Positions 1 to 13,119 of a stretch of 59,602 bases of DNA are shown here, one piece after another. The first letter of the stretch is position 1, and each line of letters starts with the position of its first letter. Made by a program: the position numbers and the translations under genes. The notes under the pieces are model-generated. The model saw nothing but the letters and a program-made list of their open reading frames with translations. It was not told the origin of the DNA and searched no databases. Origin of the DNA: Macrostomum lignano (taxonomy: Eukaryota); NCBI GenBank assembly GCA_002269645.1, contig NIVC01002904.1, positions 1 to 59,602 of the forward strand. The letters are read 5' to 3'.

Positions 1-429
1 CACTTGGCAAATTCCGAACAGAAGCATCTGAATGATCAGCTCTGCGGAAGCGGTACACGGAAAGACAGCGTAGCGCTAGCTTGGAGGCTGTTCAACTCCG
101 CCGTTTTTGTTGTCTTTCTGCTTCATTTGCAGCGAGGGACTCCAAAACGATACGTTTATTATTTGCTCATGTTCGGCGTAGAAAAAAGACCTAGTTTTGT
201 CTTAAAGGATATCGCATGACCAAATCAGTCAGACCAAGCGCATCAATCGGAGCCGATGGACAGGCGGTCGTTCGTTTGCCTTTCGCTTTGGGGGAAACAG
301 CTCAGCTTGCGGTTGTAGCAGGGCTTCAGCCTTCTTATTTTGCTTGGCACAGAGTCGAGACCTTAAGCGAAGCACTTTTATTGCTTCATTCCCAACCCAA
401 ATGCCCAACCAACCACCCCAATCCGCGAA

Positions 430-740
430 GATTTCAAATAACACCCAAACCATGCCGCGGACGCTTTAAATAACACCCAACCCACGCCGTGGATGCTTCA
501 AAAACACCCACCCCACGCCGCGGACGCTTCAAATAACACCCACCCCACGCCGCGGAAGCTTCAAATAACACCCACCCCACGCCGCGGACGCTTCAAATAA
601 CACCCACCCCACGCCGCGGACTCTTCAAATAACACCCACCCCACGCGCGACGCTTCAAATAACACCCACCCCACGCCGCGGACTCTTCAAATAACACCCA
701 CCCCACGCCGCGGACTCTTCAAATAACACCCACCCCACGC
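430..740. repeat. ~32-bp minisatellite upstream of the protocadherin
   Basis: Unit AAATAACACCCACCCCACGCCGCGGACGCTTC, ~9 copies. Confidence 0.9.
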
Positions 741-888
741 AACAAAGTTAGGCTCTGTCTTTCCCATGGCACCACTTGTTACTGTATATAAATGTTGAAC
801 ATAAGCTTCCACAGGAAATTACAGTTCATTAAAACAAAAATGCTCACACAGCGCCGACCGAGTGCCCAGAAGCGGAGACAACGACGCG

Positions 889-1713
889 ATGCCGGCGTCT
901 CCGTTGCTTTTGCTGCTTGCTTTGCTGCCATGGCCGGCGATACAAGCCCGGTACAACGTGAGCTATTCAGTTGCCGAGGAGACGGACGGGCCGCTAATTA
1001 TTGGAGACCTTGTGGCCGACCTGCGGCTGGGCGACCAGCTCAGCCAGGCGGCTCTGACTCGCCGTTCTGTGGAATTTCTTCTGCACCGGCCCGACTTCTG
1101 GCAGCACTTTCGGGTGAAAAAATCGATAGGCGGACATGGCAACGGCGCTGCGATTCGCTACGACCTGACGCTGGTACGCCGGCTCGACCGGGAGGCCGTC
1201 TGTCCGGACTCGGACACGGCTGACTGCCAACTGATGCTGAGCTGCATCCTGAAACCGCTCGAGGAGCCCATGTTGGTGTTCAGCGTTCGGATCAGCGTCC
1301 TGGACGTAAACGATCACTCGCCGGTGTTCGAGCCATCGCGACACCGACTGCAGTTCAGCGAGGCCGATCCGCCGGGCACCAGGCGGGCGATTCCGCACGC
1401 CACGGACGCCGACAGCGGCCGGAACGCCCGCCTCGCCTACTCGCTGGTGGAACCGTCGCCAACAGAATTCAGCGTCGAGTTTGACTCGGCAACGCAGGTG
1501 TACTTAAAGTTAACGGCGCCGCTAGACCGAGAACGCCTGGCAAAGTACAACCTGACTGTGGCGGCTACGGACTTCGGCGACGCGCCTCGACGGTTTGGAC
1601 ACCTGCAGCTGAATGTGGCGGTGCTGGACGCCAACGACTGCTTTCCGGAGTTTGAGAGGCACACCTACGAGATGGCGGTGGCCGAGAACTCGCCAGCCGC
1701 CAACCTCATGCAG
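889..1713 (+). CDS. Protocadherin exon 1: signal peptide, EC1, EC2, start of EC3
   Basis: ATG 889 opens MPASPLLLLLALLPWPAIQA (signal-like). Cadherin motifs LDRE, DVNDHSP, ATDADSG, DANDCFP; EC1 Cys pair LDREAVC...C. Phase-0 donor CAG|GTGGGT at 1713/1714. Confidence 0.92.
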
Positions 1714-2129
1714 GTGGGTATTTGCTGCTGAGTCTGAGTCTGCTTCGGATGGTGGGTTGGCATAGTTGGGATGTCCTGTTGGCATTGTCCTGGGGTCACT
1801 CGAGTGGGTTGACACAGGAGAGAGCTAACACCTGGATCTGATTGAGCCCATGTTTGTTGCAAGTATATTTTGATAATGAGCTACGCTTGTAATATCTAAG
1901 TTTATACTCTTATATCCATAATTGCCTTAATACAAAAGTTGTAACTCATTAATTTGCCTTTGTTAGCTTTTTCCCTCTCTACTTTGCTCTTAATTTCCTT
2001 TGCTCACTTCTAAGAAAGTGACTTCAACAAAGGCTGATTGGCAGTCTGGCCAACAAACCTGATTGGCGGTAAAATTAATTGATAGTAAACAATCTTATTG
2101 ATACATTATCTTATTATAAGAGGCGCTGG

Positions 2130-2445
2130 GGCAGTCCACAGATAAGAAGGGGTTTTTGGCAGCCCACAGATAAGGGGTTAGGGCATCCACAGATAAGAAG
2201 GGGTTGGGGCAGCCCACAGATAAGAAGGGGGTTGAAAAAGTCTACAGATAAGAAGGGGGTTGAAACAGTCCACAGATAAGAAAGGGGTTGAAACAGTCTA
2301 CAGATAAGAAGGGGGTTGAAACAGTCCACAGATAAGAAGGGGGTTGAAACAGTCCACAGATAAGAAGGGGGTTGAAACAGTCCACAGATAAGAAGGGGGT
2401 TGAAACAGTCCACAGATAAGAGGGGGTTGGGGCAGCCCACAGACC
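2130..2445. repeat. 28-bp minisatellite, protocadherin intron 1
   Basis: Unit CACAGATAAGAAGGGGGTTGAAACAGTC. Confidence 0.9.
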
Positions 2446-2521
2446 ACAAGGGGTTTCTCTCATGATCTCAATGGTCATTTAAGAATCAAGTGTCAACACA
2501 TCACTCATCGCCGTTCACAAG

Positions 2522-3813
2522 GTTCGAGCCCACGACGCTGACGATGGAGCAAACGGCCGCGTGAGCTACCAGCTCGCGCCGGACACGCTGGCCGCAGTTC
2601 GCCGCCTGATTAGCGTCGAATCTGACAGCGGCCGACTGCGGCTGGAGCGGCCTCTCGACCGAGAATCGACGCCGGAGCTGCGTGCACAACTCCGCGCCGT
2701 TGACGGCGGCCGGCCGCCAAAAACCGGTGTCGCTTCGCTGCGACTCCTCGTGCTGGACGTTAACGACAACGCGCCAGCGTGCAGCTGACCGGCTCCGGCG
2801 GGCCCGTGGGCGTCGCAGAGAACCGGCCGCCGCACACCGTGGTGGCTTCCTTCACGGCCAAGGATCCGGACCTCGGAGCCAATGGCACCGTCCGCTGTGG
2901 ACTTAACCCGGCGCACCGGCAGCCGTCGCACCTGTTTGAGGTGCACGAGTTCGACCAGCAGCTGGGCATCTACCAGATCCTCACTCTGGCCAGGCTCGAC
3001 CGCGAGCTCAGCGCTGTCCACCCCTTGGTGGTCGTCTGCACCGATGGTGGCGGCCTGGCGACCCGCCTGCCGCTGCTCGTCTCCGTAGAGGACGACAACG
3101 ACAACCCGCCGGTGCTGGTCGCCCACGAGCTGTTCGTCTCGACGCCGGAGGACAGTCCCCGCGGCCGCATTGTCGCCAATGTGACGGCGACGGACGCGGA
3201 CGCTGGGGAGAACGGGCGGGTCGTCTACCGGCTGCTGCCGCTCCTGTCCGACGCCGAGGACCGGCTGTTCGCCGTGGATGCCGTCACCGGAGCCGTCCGG
3301 GTAGCTGGCCGGCTGGACCGCGAGAGCCGCGCCTCCGTCACTCTGCGCATCCTGGCCGAGGACTGCGGTCGCCCCGTGTCCCTGGCCGCCACGGCCACCG
3401 TCAACGTGGAGATTCTCGACGTCAACGACGTTGCGCCACAGCTGCCGAGCCGGCTGGACTTCTCGTTGGAGGAGAACGAGCCGCCCGGACTCGAACTTGG
3501 GCCTGTCCGGTGCGCCGATCCGGACAGCGGCGACGGCGGCCGGGTGACTTTCTTCGGCGGAGAGCCGGGCGCCTTCCTGGTGCACGAGTCTGGCGCCATC
3601 GTCACCCAGCGGCGCTTCGACCGAGAGCAGCGGTCGAGCTTCGTGTTTCCGCTGTTCGCCAGGGACCACGGCAACCCCAGTCTGACATCCACGGCCAGCG
3701 TCACCGTCCAGATACTGGACAGAAATGACTGCCCGCCCAGATTTCTGTTCCCCTTTGCTGAGGCCAACTACACTGTCTCGGTGCACGAGCCCGAGGATCA
3801 CCTGGTGCTGCAG
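2522..3813 (+). CDS. Protocadherin exon 2: EC3-EC6 and start of EC7, with a -1 frameshift at ~2778
   Basis: Acceptor CACAAG|GTT gives VRAHDADDGANG. DVNDNAP is followed by TGA at 2786, while the cadherin reading continues in the frame starting 2779 (VQLTGSGGPVGVAEN...DDNDNPP...DVNDVAP...DRNDCPP). Donor CAG|GTGAGT at 3813/3814. Confidence 0.9.
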
Positions 3814-4067
3814 GTGAGTTACATAGAGTACCATGCACCTCTGAGTACCGGAGGCTGATCTAAATTAAGCCTTATCTGCAAATTATCCTGCATATCTGGC
3901 TACTTCGAAGGCAATTAATTTCTACTGCAATTTTTAATCTGTTTAAAGATTGGAGCAGCCCTACACCCCTACTTTTCGCGCTGATTCCGAACCCCAGTTT
4001 TCTTTATCTAATGCACTCTTTATCGTCTCCACCCTATTGTACATTGCTAAAAGTGCACTTTGCGTGT

Positions 4068-4335
4068 TTGGTTGACCATCGCCCTACCCCCAGTTTTCCT
4101 TACCCTTACTGCCGGTGGTTGGCGTAGGCCGAGCCTGGAGTGGTTGGTTGACCATCGCCCCACCCCCCAGTTTTCCTTACCCCCTACTGCCGGGGGGGGG
4201 GGGGTTGGCGTAGGTCCAGCCTGGAGTGGTTGGTTGACCATCGCCCCACCCCCAGTTTTCCTTACCTCCTACTGCCGGGGGGGGGGGGTTGGCGTAGGTC
4301 CAGCCTGGAGTGGTTGGTTGACCATCGCCACCCCT
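4068..4335. repeat. ~85-bp tandem repeat (~3 copies), protocadherin intron 2
   Basis: TGGTTGACCATCGCC...CCCCAGTTTTCCTTACC...GGTTGGCGTAGG...CCTGGAG repeated. Confidence 0.85.
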
Positions 4336-4418
4336 ATTTTATTTTTTCAGTTTGAATTTCGTACGCCAGAATATGAACAAACCAACAATACTTTTCCTTA
4401 ACATTTTTTTATTGTCAG

Positions 4419-5023
4419 GCTGCTGCGCAGGACCCGGATGAGGGGGAGAATGGCAGAGTTGAGTACAAACTGCTCAATCAGGTGAACATACCGCTAGACT
4501 CTACAGCATCTTCTGCTACAAGAAGCAAGGAATCACCGTCCATGAAAAAAGCCGCTGTTCGAACTAGAGCGGCATTCGGGCCGCCTGAGACTGGCCAGGA
4601 AGGCTGAGATGCCGCGGACCTCGGCTGGCACCGACTGCGACTTGCCGCCTTCGACTGCGGCCTGCCTGAGCGCTTCAACGCCACCGTCCAGATCGGCCTA
4701 CTGGTGCTGGACGAGCCGCCAAAGTCCCGGCTGTCCGGCGGTTTGCCGCCGATCCTGGCGCCGCCGCTGCAGTCGGCCGCTGGCGGAGGCGGCTTCGGCT
4801 TCAACGACGGCACTGGCGGAGCGCTGGCAGCGCTGTGCTGGGCCTCCTGGCCGGACTGACAGCCTCGCTGATGCTGCTGACTGCGGCGGCGCTCGCCTAC
4901 CTGCTAGTGCGTCGGCGGCGGCGCCGGTTGAGGCGTCTGGTCGGCATTCGGCGATGGCGTCCATTGGCGATGATGCGGCGATGATGGGCGGTGCAGCCTG
5001 CGGCGGCGGTAGGGCAAAGCGCG
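4419..5023 (+). CDS. Protocadherin exon 3 (possibly two exons): end of EC7, transmembrane helix, juxtamembrane tail; several frame breaks
   Basis: Acceptor TCAG|GCT gives AAAQDPDEGENG. LFELERHSGRLRL, LGWHRLRLAAFDCG and TM AVLGLLAGLTASLMLLTAAALAYLLV-RRRRRR each need a frame change (~4550, ~4608, ~4821, probably ~4925). The ~4550 break could instead be a 70-nt intron 4482-4551. Donor G|GTGAGT at 5023/5024. Confidence 0.75.
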
Positions 5024-5059
5024 GTGAGTTCGAGTGCGGATGCGGTGCAGGAGTGCGAG

Positions 5060-7680
5060 TAGAACAGGGAGATCACAGTGACAACAGGGAGATCACGGTG
5101 ACAACAGGGAGATCACAGTGACAACAGGGAGATCACAGTGACAACAGGGAGATCAGTGACAACAGGGAGATCACAGTGACAACAGGGAGATCAGTGACAA
5201 CAGGGAGATCAGTGACAACAGGGAGATCACAGTGACAACAGGGAGATCAGTGACAACAGGGAGATCAGTGACAACAGGGAGATCACAGTGACAACAGGGA
5301 GATCACACAGACAACAGGAAGATCACACAGACAACAGGAAGATCACACAGACAACAGGGAGATCAGTGACAACAGGGAGATCACAGTGACAACAGGGAGA
5401 TCAGTGACAACAGGGAGATCAGTGACAACAGGGAGATCACAGTGACAACAGGAAGATCAGTGACAACAGGGAGATCAGTGACAACAGGGAGATCACAGTG
5501 ACAACAGGGAGATCAGTGACAACAGGAAGATCAGTGACAACAGGGAGATCACAGTGACAACAGGGAGATCAGTGACAACAGGGAGATCAGTGACAACAGG
5601 GAGATCAGTGACAACAGGAAGATCACACAGACAACAGGAAGATCACACAGACAACAGGGAGATCACAGAGACAACAGGAAGATCACAGAGACAACAGGAA
5701 GATCACAGTGACAACAGGGAGATCACAGAGACAACAGGGAGATCACAGTGACAACAGGGAGATCAGTGACAACAGGGAGATCACAGTGACAACAGGGAGA
5801 TCAGTGACAACAGGGAGATCACAGTGACAACAGGGAGATCAGTGACAACAGGGAGATCAGTGACAACAGGGAGATCAGTGACAACAGGGAGATCAGTGAC
5901 AACAGGGAGATCAGTGACAACAGGAAGATCACAGAGACAACAGGGAGATCACAGTGACAACAGGGAGATCAGTGACAACAGGGAGATCACAGTGACAACA
6001 GGGAGATCAGTGACAACAGGGAGATCACAGTGACAACAGGGAGATCAGTGACAACAGGGAGATCACAGTGACAACAGGGAGATCAGTGACAACAGGGAGA
6101 TCACAGTGACAACAGGGAGATCAGTGACAACAGGGAGATCACAGTGACAACAGGGAGATCAGTGACAACAGGGAGATCACAGTGACAACAGGGAGATCAG
6201 TGACAACAGGGAGATCAGTGACAACAGGGAGATCAGTGACAACAGGGAGATCAGTGACAACAGGGAGATCAGTGACAACAGGGAGATCAGTGACAACAGG
6301 GAGATCACAGTAACAACAGGAAGATCACAGTGACAACAGGGAGATCACAGTGACAACAGGAAGATCAGTGACAACAGGGAGATCACAGTGACAACAGGGA
6401 GATCACAGTGACAACAGGGAGATCACGGTGACAACAGGGAGATCACAGTGACAACAGGGAGATCACAGTGACAACAGGGAGATCAGTGACAACAGGGAGA
6501 TCACAGTGACAACAGGGAGATCAGTGACAACAGGGAGATCACACAGACAACAGGAAGATCACACAGACAACAGGGAGATCACACAGACAACAGGAAGATC
6601 ACACAGACAACAGGAAGATCACACAGACAACAGGGAGATCACACAGACAACAGGAAGATCACACAGACAACAGGAAGATCACACAGACAACAGGGAGATC
6701 AGTGACAACAGGGAGATCACAGTGACAACAGGAAGATCAGTGACAACAGGGAGATCAGTGACAACAGGGAGATCACAGTGACAACAGGGAGATCAGTGAC
6801 AACAGGGAGATCAGTGACAACAGGGAGATCACAGTGACAACAGGAAGATCAGTGACAACAGGGAGATCAGTGACAACAGGGAGATCAGTGACAACAGGAA
6901 GATCACACAGACAACAGGAAGATCACACAGACAACAGGAAGATCACAGAGACAACAGGAAGATCACAGAGACAACAGGAAGATCACAGTGACAACAGGGA
7001 GATCACAGAGACAACAGGGAGATCACAGTGACAACAGGGAGATCAGTGACAACAGGGAGATCACAGTGACAACAGGGAGATCAGTGACAACAGGGAGATC
7101 ACAGTGACAACAGGGAGATCAGTGACAACAGGGAGATCAGTGACAACAGGGAGATCAGTGACAACAGGGAGATCAGTGACAACAGGAAGATCACAGAGAC
7201 AACAGGGAGATCACAGTGACAACAGGGAGATCAGTGACAACAGGGAGATCACAGTGACAACAGGGAGATCAGTGACAACAGGGAGATCACAGTGACAACA
7301 GGGAGATCAGTGACAACAGGGAGATCACAGTGACAACAGGGAGATCAGTGACAACAGGGAGATCACATTGACAACAGGGAGATCAGTGACAACAGGGAGA
7401 TCAGTGACAACAGGGAGATCACATTGACAACAGGGAGATCAGTGACAACAGGGAGATCAGTGACAACAGGGAGATCACAGTGACAACAGGGAGATCAGTG
7501 ACAACAGGGAGATCAGTGACAACAGGGAGATCACACAGACAACAGGGAGATCACACAGACAACAGGGAGATCACACAGACAACAGGGAGATCACACAGAC
7601 AACAGGGAGATCACACAGACAACAGGGAGATCACACAGACAACAGGGAGATCAGTGACAACAGGGAGATCACAGAGAGAG
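5060..7680. repeat. 18/20-bp minisatellite array (~2.6 kb)
   Basis: Units GAGATCACAGTGACAACAGG and GAGATCAGTGACAACAGG, starting ~35 nt after the 5024 donor. Confidence 0.97.
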
Positions 7681-8634
7681 ATCCATGAGACTTGAGAGAC
7701 CACAGCAAAGAGATCTCGAGGGCAATAAACATTGCCACACTCTGTTCCCGGGAGCACTTAAACCTAAAGCATCCGGGAACCCCCTGTTCAATCATTAGAA
7801 GTACACAGAACCCGATGATCTTTTAACAGATTGCAGAAAACTGTAGGAAACTTCAGAAATCAAGCGGTGAAATCTGCGGGAAGGCAGGGCCAGAAAGTGC
7901 AAAAGTCCTGAAGGGGCAGCAGAGTTGGGCCCGGCGTGCAGTTTGTTTGCAAAACAGCGAAAGAGAGGAGAGACAACAAAGGATTGGCTGAACGAACCGA
8001 ACTTGATTGAAAGCTCAGATCCCGGGGATCCCCGGGCTTTCGCACAGCTTCCACAGCCTACACGGAAGTGTTACTTTTCAACCACCGACTCCGGCGGCTA
8101 CTTTTCATAAATCAGTGTCAAGCAGGAGGCATCGCGCGTCCCATTTTGGGGATTTAAAAACCCGTAGAGGACCCGGGGAGGTTGGGGGGGGGGCGCACGC
8201 AGCAGTGCCGGCCTCTACACAGTTAATCTTCGCAGCATCTGGGAGACTGGGCGCGGGGACAGGCCGGGTATCAGTGCTGCTTCATCTTTATTGAACCATT
8301 TGTTTCCTGCGCCCGAAGTTTGCACCTCGCACTCATTTGTTTCGGCTGAATCTTTTCCGCGAATCTCTGGGGGGGGGGGTCGGAGCAGCCAAGGATAGGC
8401 AGGTATTTTCAGCCTCCCTCCACTGCCAATTATCTCTGGCTTTGTGAGGCCTACAAGCCTGAGGCTGCAATGAATTGAGGCCTGAGGTCTGTGCGCCTGG
8501 TTAACCACCGGCCTCCAGGTTTCTGGATTTATGGGCCAATCAACCTTCAGTTGATACCGCCTCACTGAGTTCCCTGTTAGCGCATTGTGTGTTCACACTT
8601 ATTGTGTCATCTTTTTTCTATCAACTCACTATCC

Positions 8635-9005
8635 CTTTACTGCCATTCATCATCCTTTCACTGCCATTCACCATCCCTTCACCATCCATTCACCATCCCT
8701 TCACCATCCATTCACCATCCTTGCACTGTCATTCATAATCCCTTCACTGCCATTCACCATCCTCCATTCACCATCCCTTCACAATCCATTCACCGTCGCT
8801 TCACTATCCATTCACCATCCCTTCACAATTCATTCACCGTCCCTTCACTGTCCATTCACCATCCCTTCACAATTCATTCACCGTCCCTTCACGATCCATT
8901 CACCATCCCTTCACAATTCATTCACCATCCCTTCACTATCCATTCACCGTCCCTTCACTGTCCATTCACCATCCCTTCACTACCCATTCACCATTCTTTC
9001 ACCAC
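8635..9005. repeat. Degenerate CCATTCACCATCCCTTCA repeat
   Basis: Recurrent CATTCACCATCCCTTCAC units. Confidence 0.85.
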
Positions 9006-9669
9006 GAATTCACAGACTACTCTCCCATTATTCTCCATCAATCTCCATTCACTGCCCATCAGCAATTTCTAAGTACTGGAAACCTCTATTCCCCAAAGTA
9101 AAATCCCTGCAAACATCTTTCCAATGCGCAGCAGGGAGCAGACTCGAGTCTTATCAGCTATAGCCGCTTGCACTTCCCCTTGAGCTCTCAGTCTCACAGC
9201 CCAACTACCCAACAGCCGGGCAGGCGAGGGAGCTCATTAGTCCAAAGGTGGTGCGCGGCGTCTTCCCTCAGCTTTTGTGTGTCGCCTGTCCCCACTGACT
9301 GACCTGCCCAGGCTGCATTCAACAGCTGCCATGTAGCCTGGGGCGGGGAGGGGGCAATCTGCAGCGATTCCCAATCAGTGCGCCAGGGGGAGCTGCGGAA
9401 TTCGCAACGGTTGTGGGCGGATAGGAGAGAAATTACTTGAGTGCGGCGCTAGCTGCAGTAACCACTGAATGTTTGGCAATATCAACAAGATCACGAGCTA
9501 TAATGCTGGGGTTATAACCAGGAGAAATCATTAAGAGTCGAAAATTCAGTACAGATTATTACAAACGATACCAACATAAACTTTACTTTTTGTATCAGCA
9601 GGCATAGTGGCCCAAGTGTGAGCAATAAGGGAGCTGCAATGGGGAAGAACTGTAGGAATTGTGTGTCTT

Positions 9670-9960
9670 GTGTCACTCGGAAGTGTGAGATCGTGTCACC
9701 CGGAGTGTGAGATCGTGTCACTCGGAGTGTGAGATTGTGTCACTCGGAAGTTGAGATTGTGTCACTCGGAAGTTGAGATTGTGTCACTCAGAAGTTGAGA
9801 TTGTGTCACTCGGAAGTTGAGATTGTGTCACTCAGAAGTTGAGATTGTGTCACTCGGAAGTTGAGATTGTGTCACTCAGAAGTTGAGATTGTGTCACTCG
9901 GAAGTTGAGATTGTGTCACTCGGAAGGTGAGATTGTGTCACTCGGAGTGTGAGATTGTGT
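9670..9960. repeat. 20-22-bp minisatellite
   Basis: Unit GAGATTGTGTCACTCGGAAGTT. Confidence 0.92.
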
Positions 9961-10669
9961 CAAACGAGATTGAGAAGGGCCGGTCTAGCTGTCTCCCTGT
10001 AAGTATGATTGTTTCACCCAGGTGGGGTTGTATCACACAGAAGGTAATGTTTGTTCCACATGCTTCACAAGGATTCTGCATCACCCCGGAGATGAGGCTA
10101 TCGCTACACAGCATCACACGCGTGTGCACATGCGGCAGAGCCTCGCGCAGCAGAAGCCGCTGCGGGTCCACTCCGATCCCCCTAAATTCGCAATCCATTA
10201 ATCCGTTAAATTTTTAACGCAGTCTAATGGCCAGCCCCGACGGGACTCCAGCCTGCGAGCCACTCAACATCCCCAGCAATGCCCCGGTGGGCCAAAGAAA
10301 TTCGAAAGAAAGAAAAAGCCAGACGGGAAACCAGCGGAGCTGAGCCACCGGCAGCGCAGGAATTTTATGAACTGCCAGCAATGCAGTTTTGCTGGCCCCC
10401 GGCTGAAGAAACACGGGAGGAAGGTCGCCAGATTTCTGCGATCTCCTCCCACATCTCTAACACTCGGTGGTGGAGGCCATAAAGATACATCAGCATCGCG
10501 GGTATCAATTAGCCCGCCTAATCCTCCTGCGGAAACAATTCTGCTATTTCTGACCAGGGTTCGTTTCTCTCGCTTGACTTTTCAAATTGCAGTGCGCACT
10601 CGTAAAATACAATGATGCGCGAGGATTGAAAAAATTCAAAAGTTATTTAGTTAATTAGTTTATTAGAAG

Positions 10670-11478
10670 ACCTGAGTGAACCTTAGTGAGTCATGAGAGA
10701 CCTACTTAGTGAGTCATAAGGGACCCTGACTGAACCCCGAGAGACCTGACTGAACCATGGGAGACCTGACTGAGCCATGAGAGACCTGACTGAGCCATGA
10801 GAGACCTGACTGAGCCTTGAGAGACCCTTACTGAGTCATGAGAGACCTGACTGAGCCATGAGAGACCTGACTGAGCCTTGAGAGACCCTTACTGAGTCAT
10901 GAGAGACCTGACTGAGCCGTGAGAGACCCTGACTGAACCATGAGAGACCTGACTGAGCCATGAGAGACCTGACTGAACCATGAGAGACCCTGACTGAACC
11001 ATGAGAGACCTGACTGAGCCATGAAAGACCCTGACTGAACCATGAGAGACCTGACTGAGCCATGAGAGACCTGACTGAGCCTTGAGAGACCCTTACTGAG
11101 TCATGAAAGACCTGACTGAGCCATGAGAGACCCTGACTGAACCATGAGAGACCTTACTGAGCCATGAGAGACCCTGACTGAGCCATGAGAGACTTGACTG
11201 AACCCGAGAGACCTGACTGAACCATGAGAGACCTGACTGAGCCATGAGAGACCCTGACTGAGCCATGAGAGACCTGACTGAGCCATGAGAGACCTGACTG
11301 AGCCATGAGAGACCTGACTGAGCCATGAGAGACCTGACTGAGCCATGAGAGACCCTGACTGAGCCATGAGAGACCTGACTGAGCCATGAGAGACCTGACT
11401 GAGCCATGAGAGACCTGACTGAGCCATGAGAGACCCTGACTGAGCCATGAGAGACCCTGACTGAACCATGAGAGACCT
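10670..11478. repeat. 20/21-bp minisatellite
   Basis: Unit GACTGAGCCATGAGAGACC(C)T. Confidence 0.95.
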
Positions 11479-12029
11479 AAGTGATCCCAACCACACCACA
11501 GCAATGGCTAAGCCAACTAAAGAATAAAATTTGAAAGATCCAATCGCATTATTCACAAAATTCTGGCTGAGATTCCGGACGCGATTCGGCACGCAGAAAT
11601 TCGAGATGCAATATTCGCAAACAAAATCTGCAAGCACATCAGCGCAGTGCCGGATAACCGCATGGCTTATCAATTCTGACCCCAAGTTAAAAATTGCCCG
11701 AGCCCCAGCAAAGCTCTGACAGATAGGCGGCAGCTGTCCGGCTGTCACAGTGGTTCGGCCTGGCCCACTCCCAGCAGTGAAAACTGTTCCTGCTGTTGCA
11801 TTTTCACGGTGCAGGCAAACCGTATCAGTGTACACGCCAGTGTACAGTACGCGAACGCCGGGGTATCCCAGACAATGCCGTTCGCATGCAGAGCGACTTC
11901 CTTGTTTTGTTGTCAGTGTGTGCTTTTTGACAATAACTAATATGGGGTTTCTAACCACCGTTGCTATCTTACCACTGATGGATTACTGCTTGTAACTCTA
12001 CATGTACATGTACCCTATCAATAGCTTAC

Positions 12030-12722
12030 TCAGCCATCACCGACCCTTCATCAGCCATGACCGACCCTTCATCAGCCATGACCGACCCTTCATCAGCCAT
12101 CACCGACCCTTCATCAGCCATCACCGACCCTTCATCAGCCATGACCGACCCTTCATCAGACATGACCGACCCTTCATCATCCATCACCGACCCTTCATCA
12201 GCCATGACCGACCCTTCATCAGCCATGACCGACCCTTCATCATCCATCACTGACCCTTCATCAGCCATGACCGACCCTTCATCAGCCATGACCGACCCTT
12301 CATCATCCATCACTGACCCTTCATCAGCCATGACCGACCCTTCATCAGCCATGACCGACCCTTCATCAGACATGACCGACCCTTCATCAGCCATCACCGA
12401 CCCTTCATCAGCCATCACCGACCCTTCATCAGCCATCACCGACCCTTCATCATCCATCACCGACCCTTCATCAGCCATGACCGACCCTTCATCAGCCATG
12501 ACCGACCCTTCATCATCCATCACTGACCCTTCATCAGCCATGACCGACCCTTCATCAGCCATCACCGACCCTTCATCATCCATCACTGACCCTTCATCAG
12601 CCATGACCGACCCTTCATCAGCCATCACCGACCCTTCATCATCCATCACTGACCCTTCATCAGCCATGACCGACCCTTCATCAGCCATCACCGACCCTTC
12701 ATCAGCCATGACCGCGACCCTT
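12030..12722. repeat. 21-bp minisatellite abutting the last protocadherin acceptor
   Basis: Unit ATCAGCCATGACCGACCCTTC; source of the TDPSSAM and MADEGSV ORF artefacts. Confidence 0.96.
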
Positions 12723-12730
12723 CATCCCAG

Positions 12731-12995
12731 CCGCCGCCCCACCCCAGCCCGAGCAGGCCAGCTGTCTCTCCCGCTGGTGCGGCCGACATCTCAGCAGGAG
12801 CGGCCGCTGATGCGCCGGTGTCCACCCCAGTCAGCAGCCGGAGCCGCCGCCGCTCCGGCATTCCAAGACGTTGACGATCCGGACAGCGGCACGAGCGACA
12901 GTAGACGGTTGGACGATTCTCGAGGCGCGGCAGCCGCAGCTTCTAGAAGGCTAGCCGGGGACAATGTCTACTGCAGTTCGCCCTACCTGTGCTGA
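12731..12995 (+). CDS. Probable terminal cytoplasmic exon of the protocadherin
   Basis: Acceptor TTCATCCCAG| (alternative at 12748). GC-rich frame with DDPDSGTSDS, resembling the DSGxxDS motif of delta-protocadherin tails; stop TGA 12993-12995. Linkage to upstream exons is inferred. Confidence 0.6.
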
Positions 12996-13119
12996 GAGCC
13001 CTACCTATCGAGGCTGTATTGGAGATCCTCACAAACCCTTCGAGTGATATAAAGTTGCTGTCAGTTCCTAGAAATTCTTCTTCATCGGAGTGGTCAAAAT
13101 AATAATCTCGAATAGTTTT

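Noticed and set aside
2566-3834. 422-aa minus-strand ORF
   Set aside because: Antisense shadow of the GC-rich protocadherin exon.
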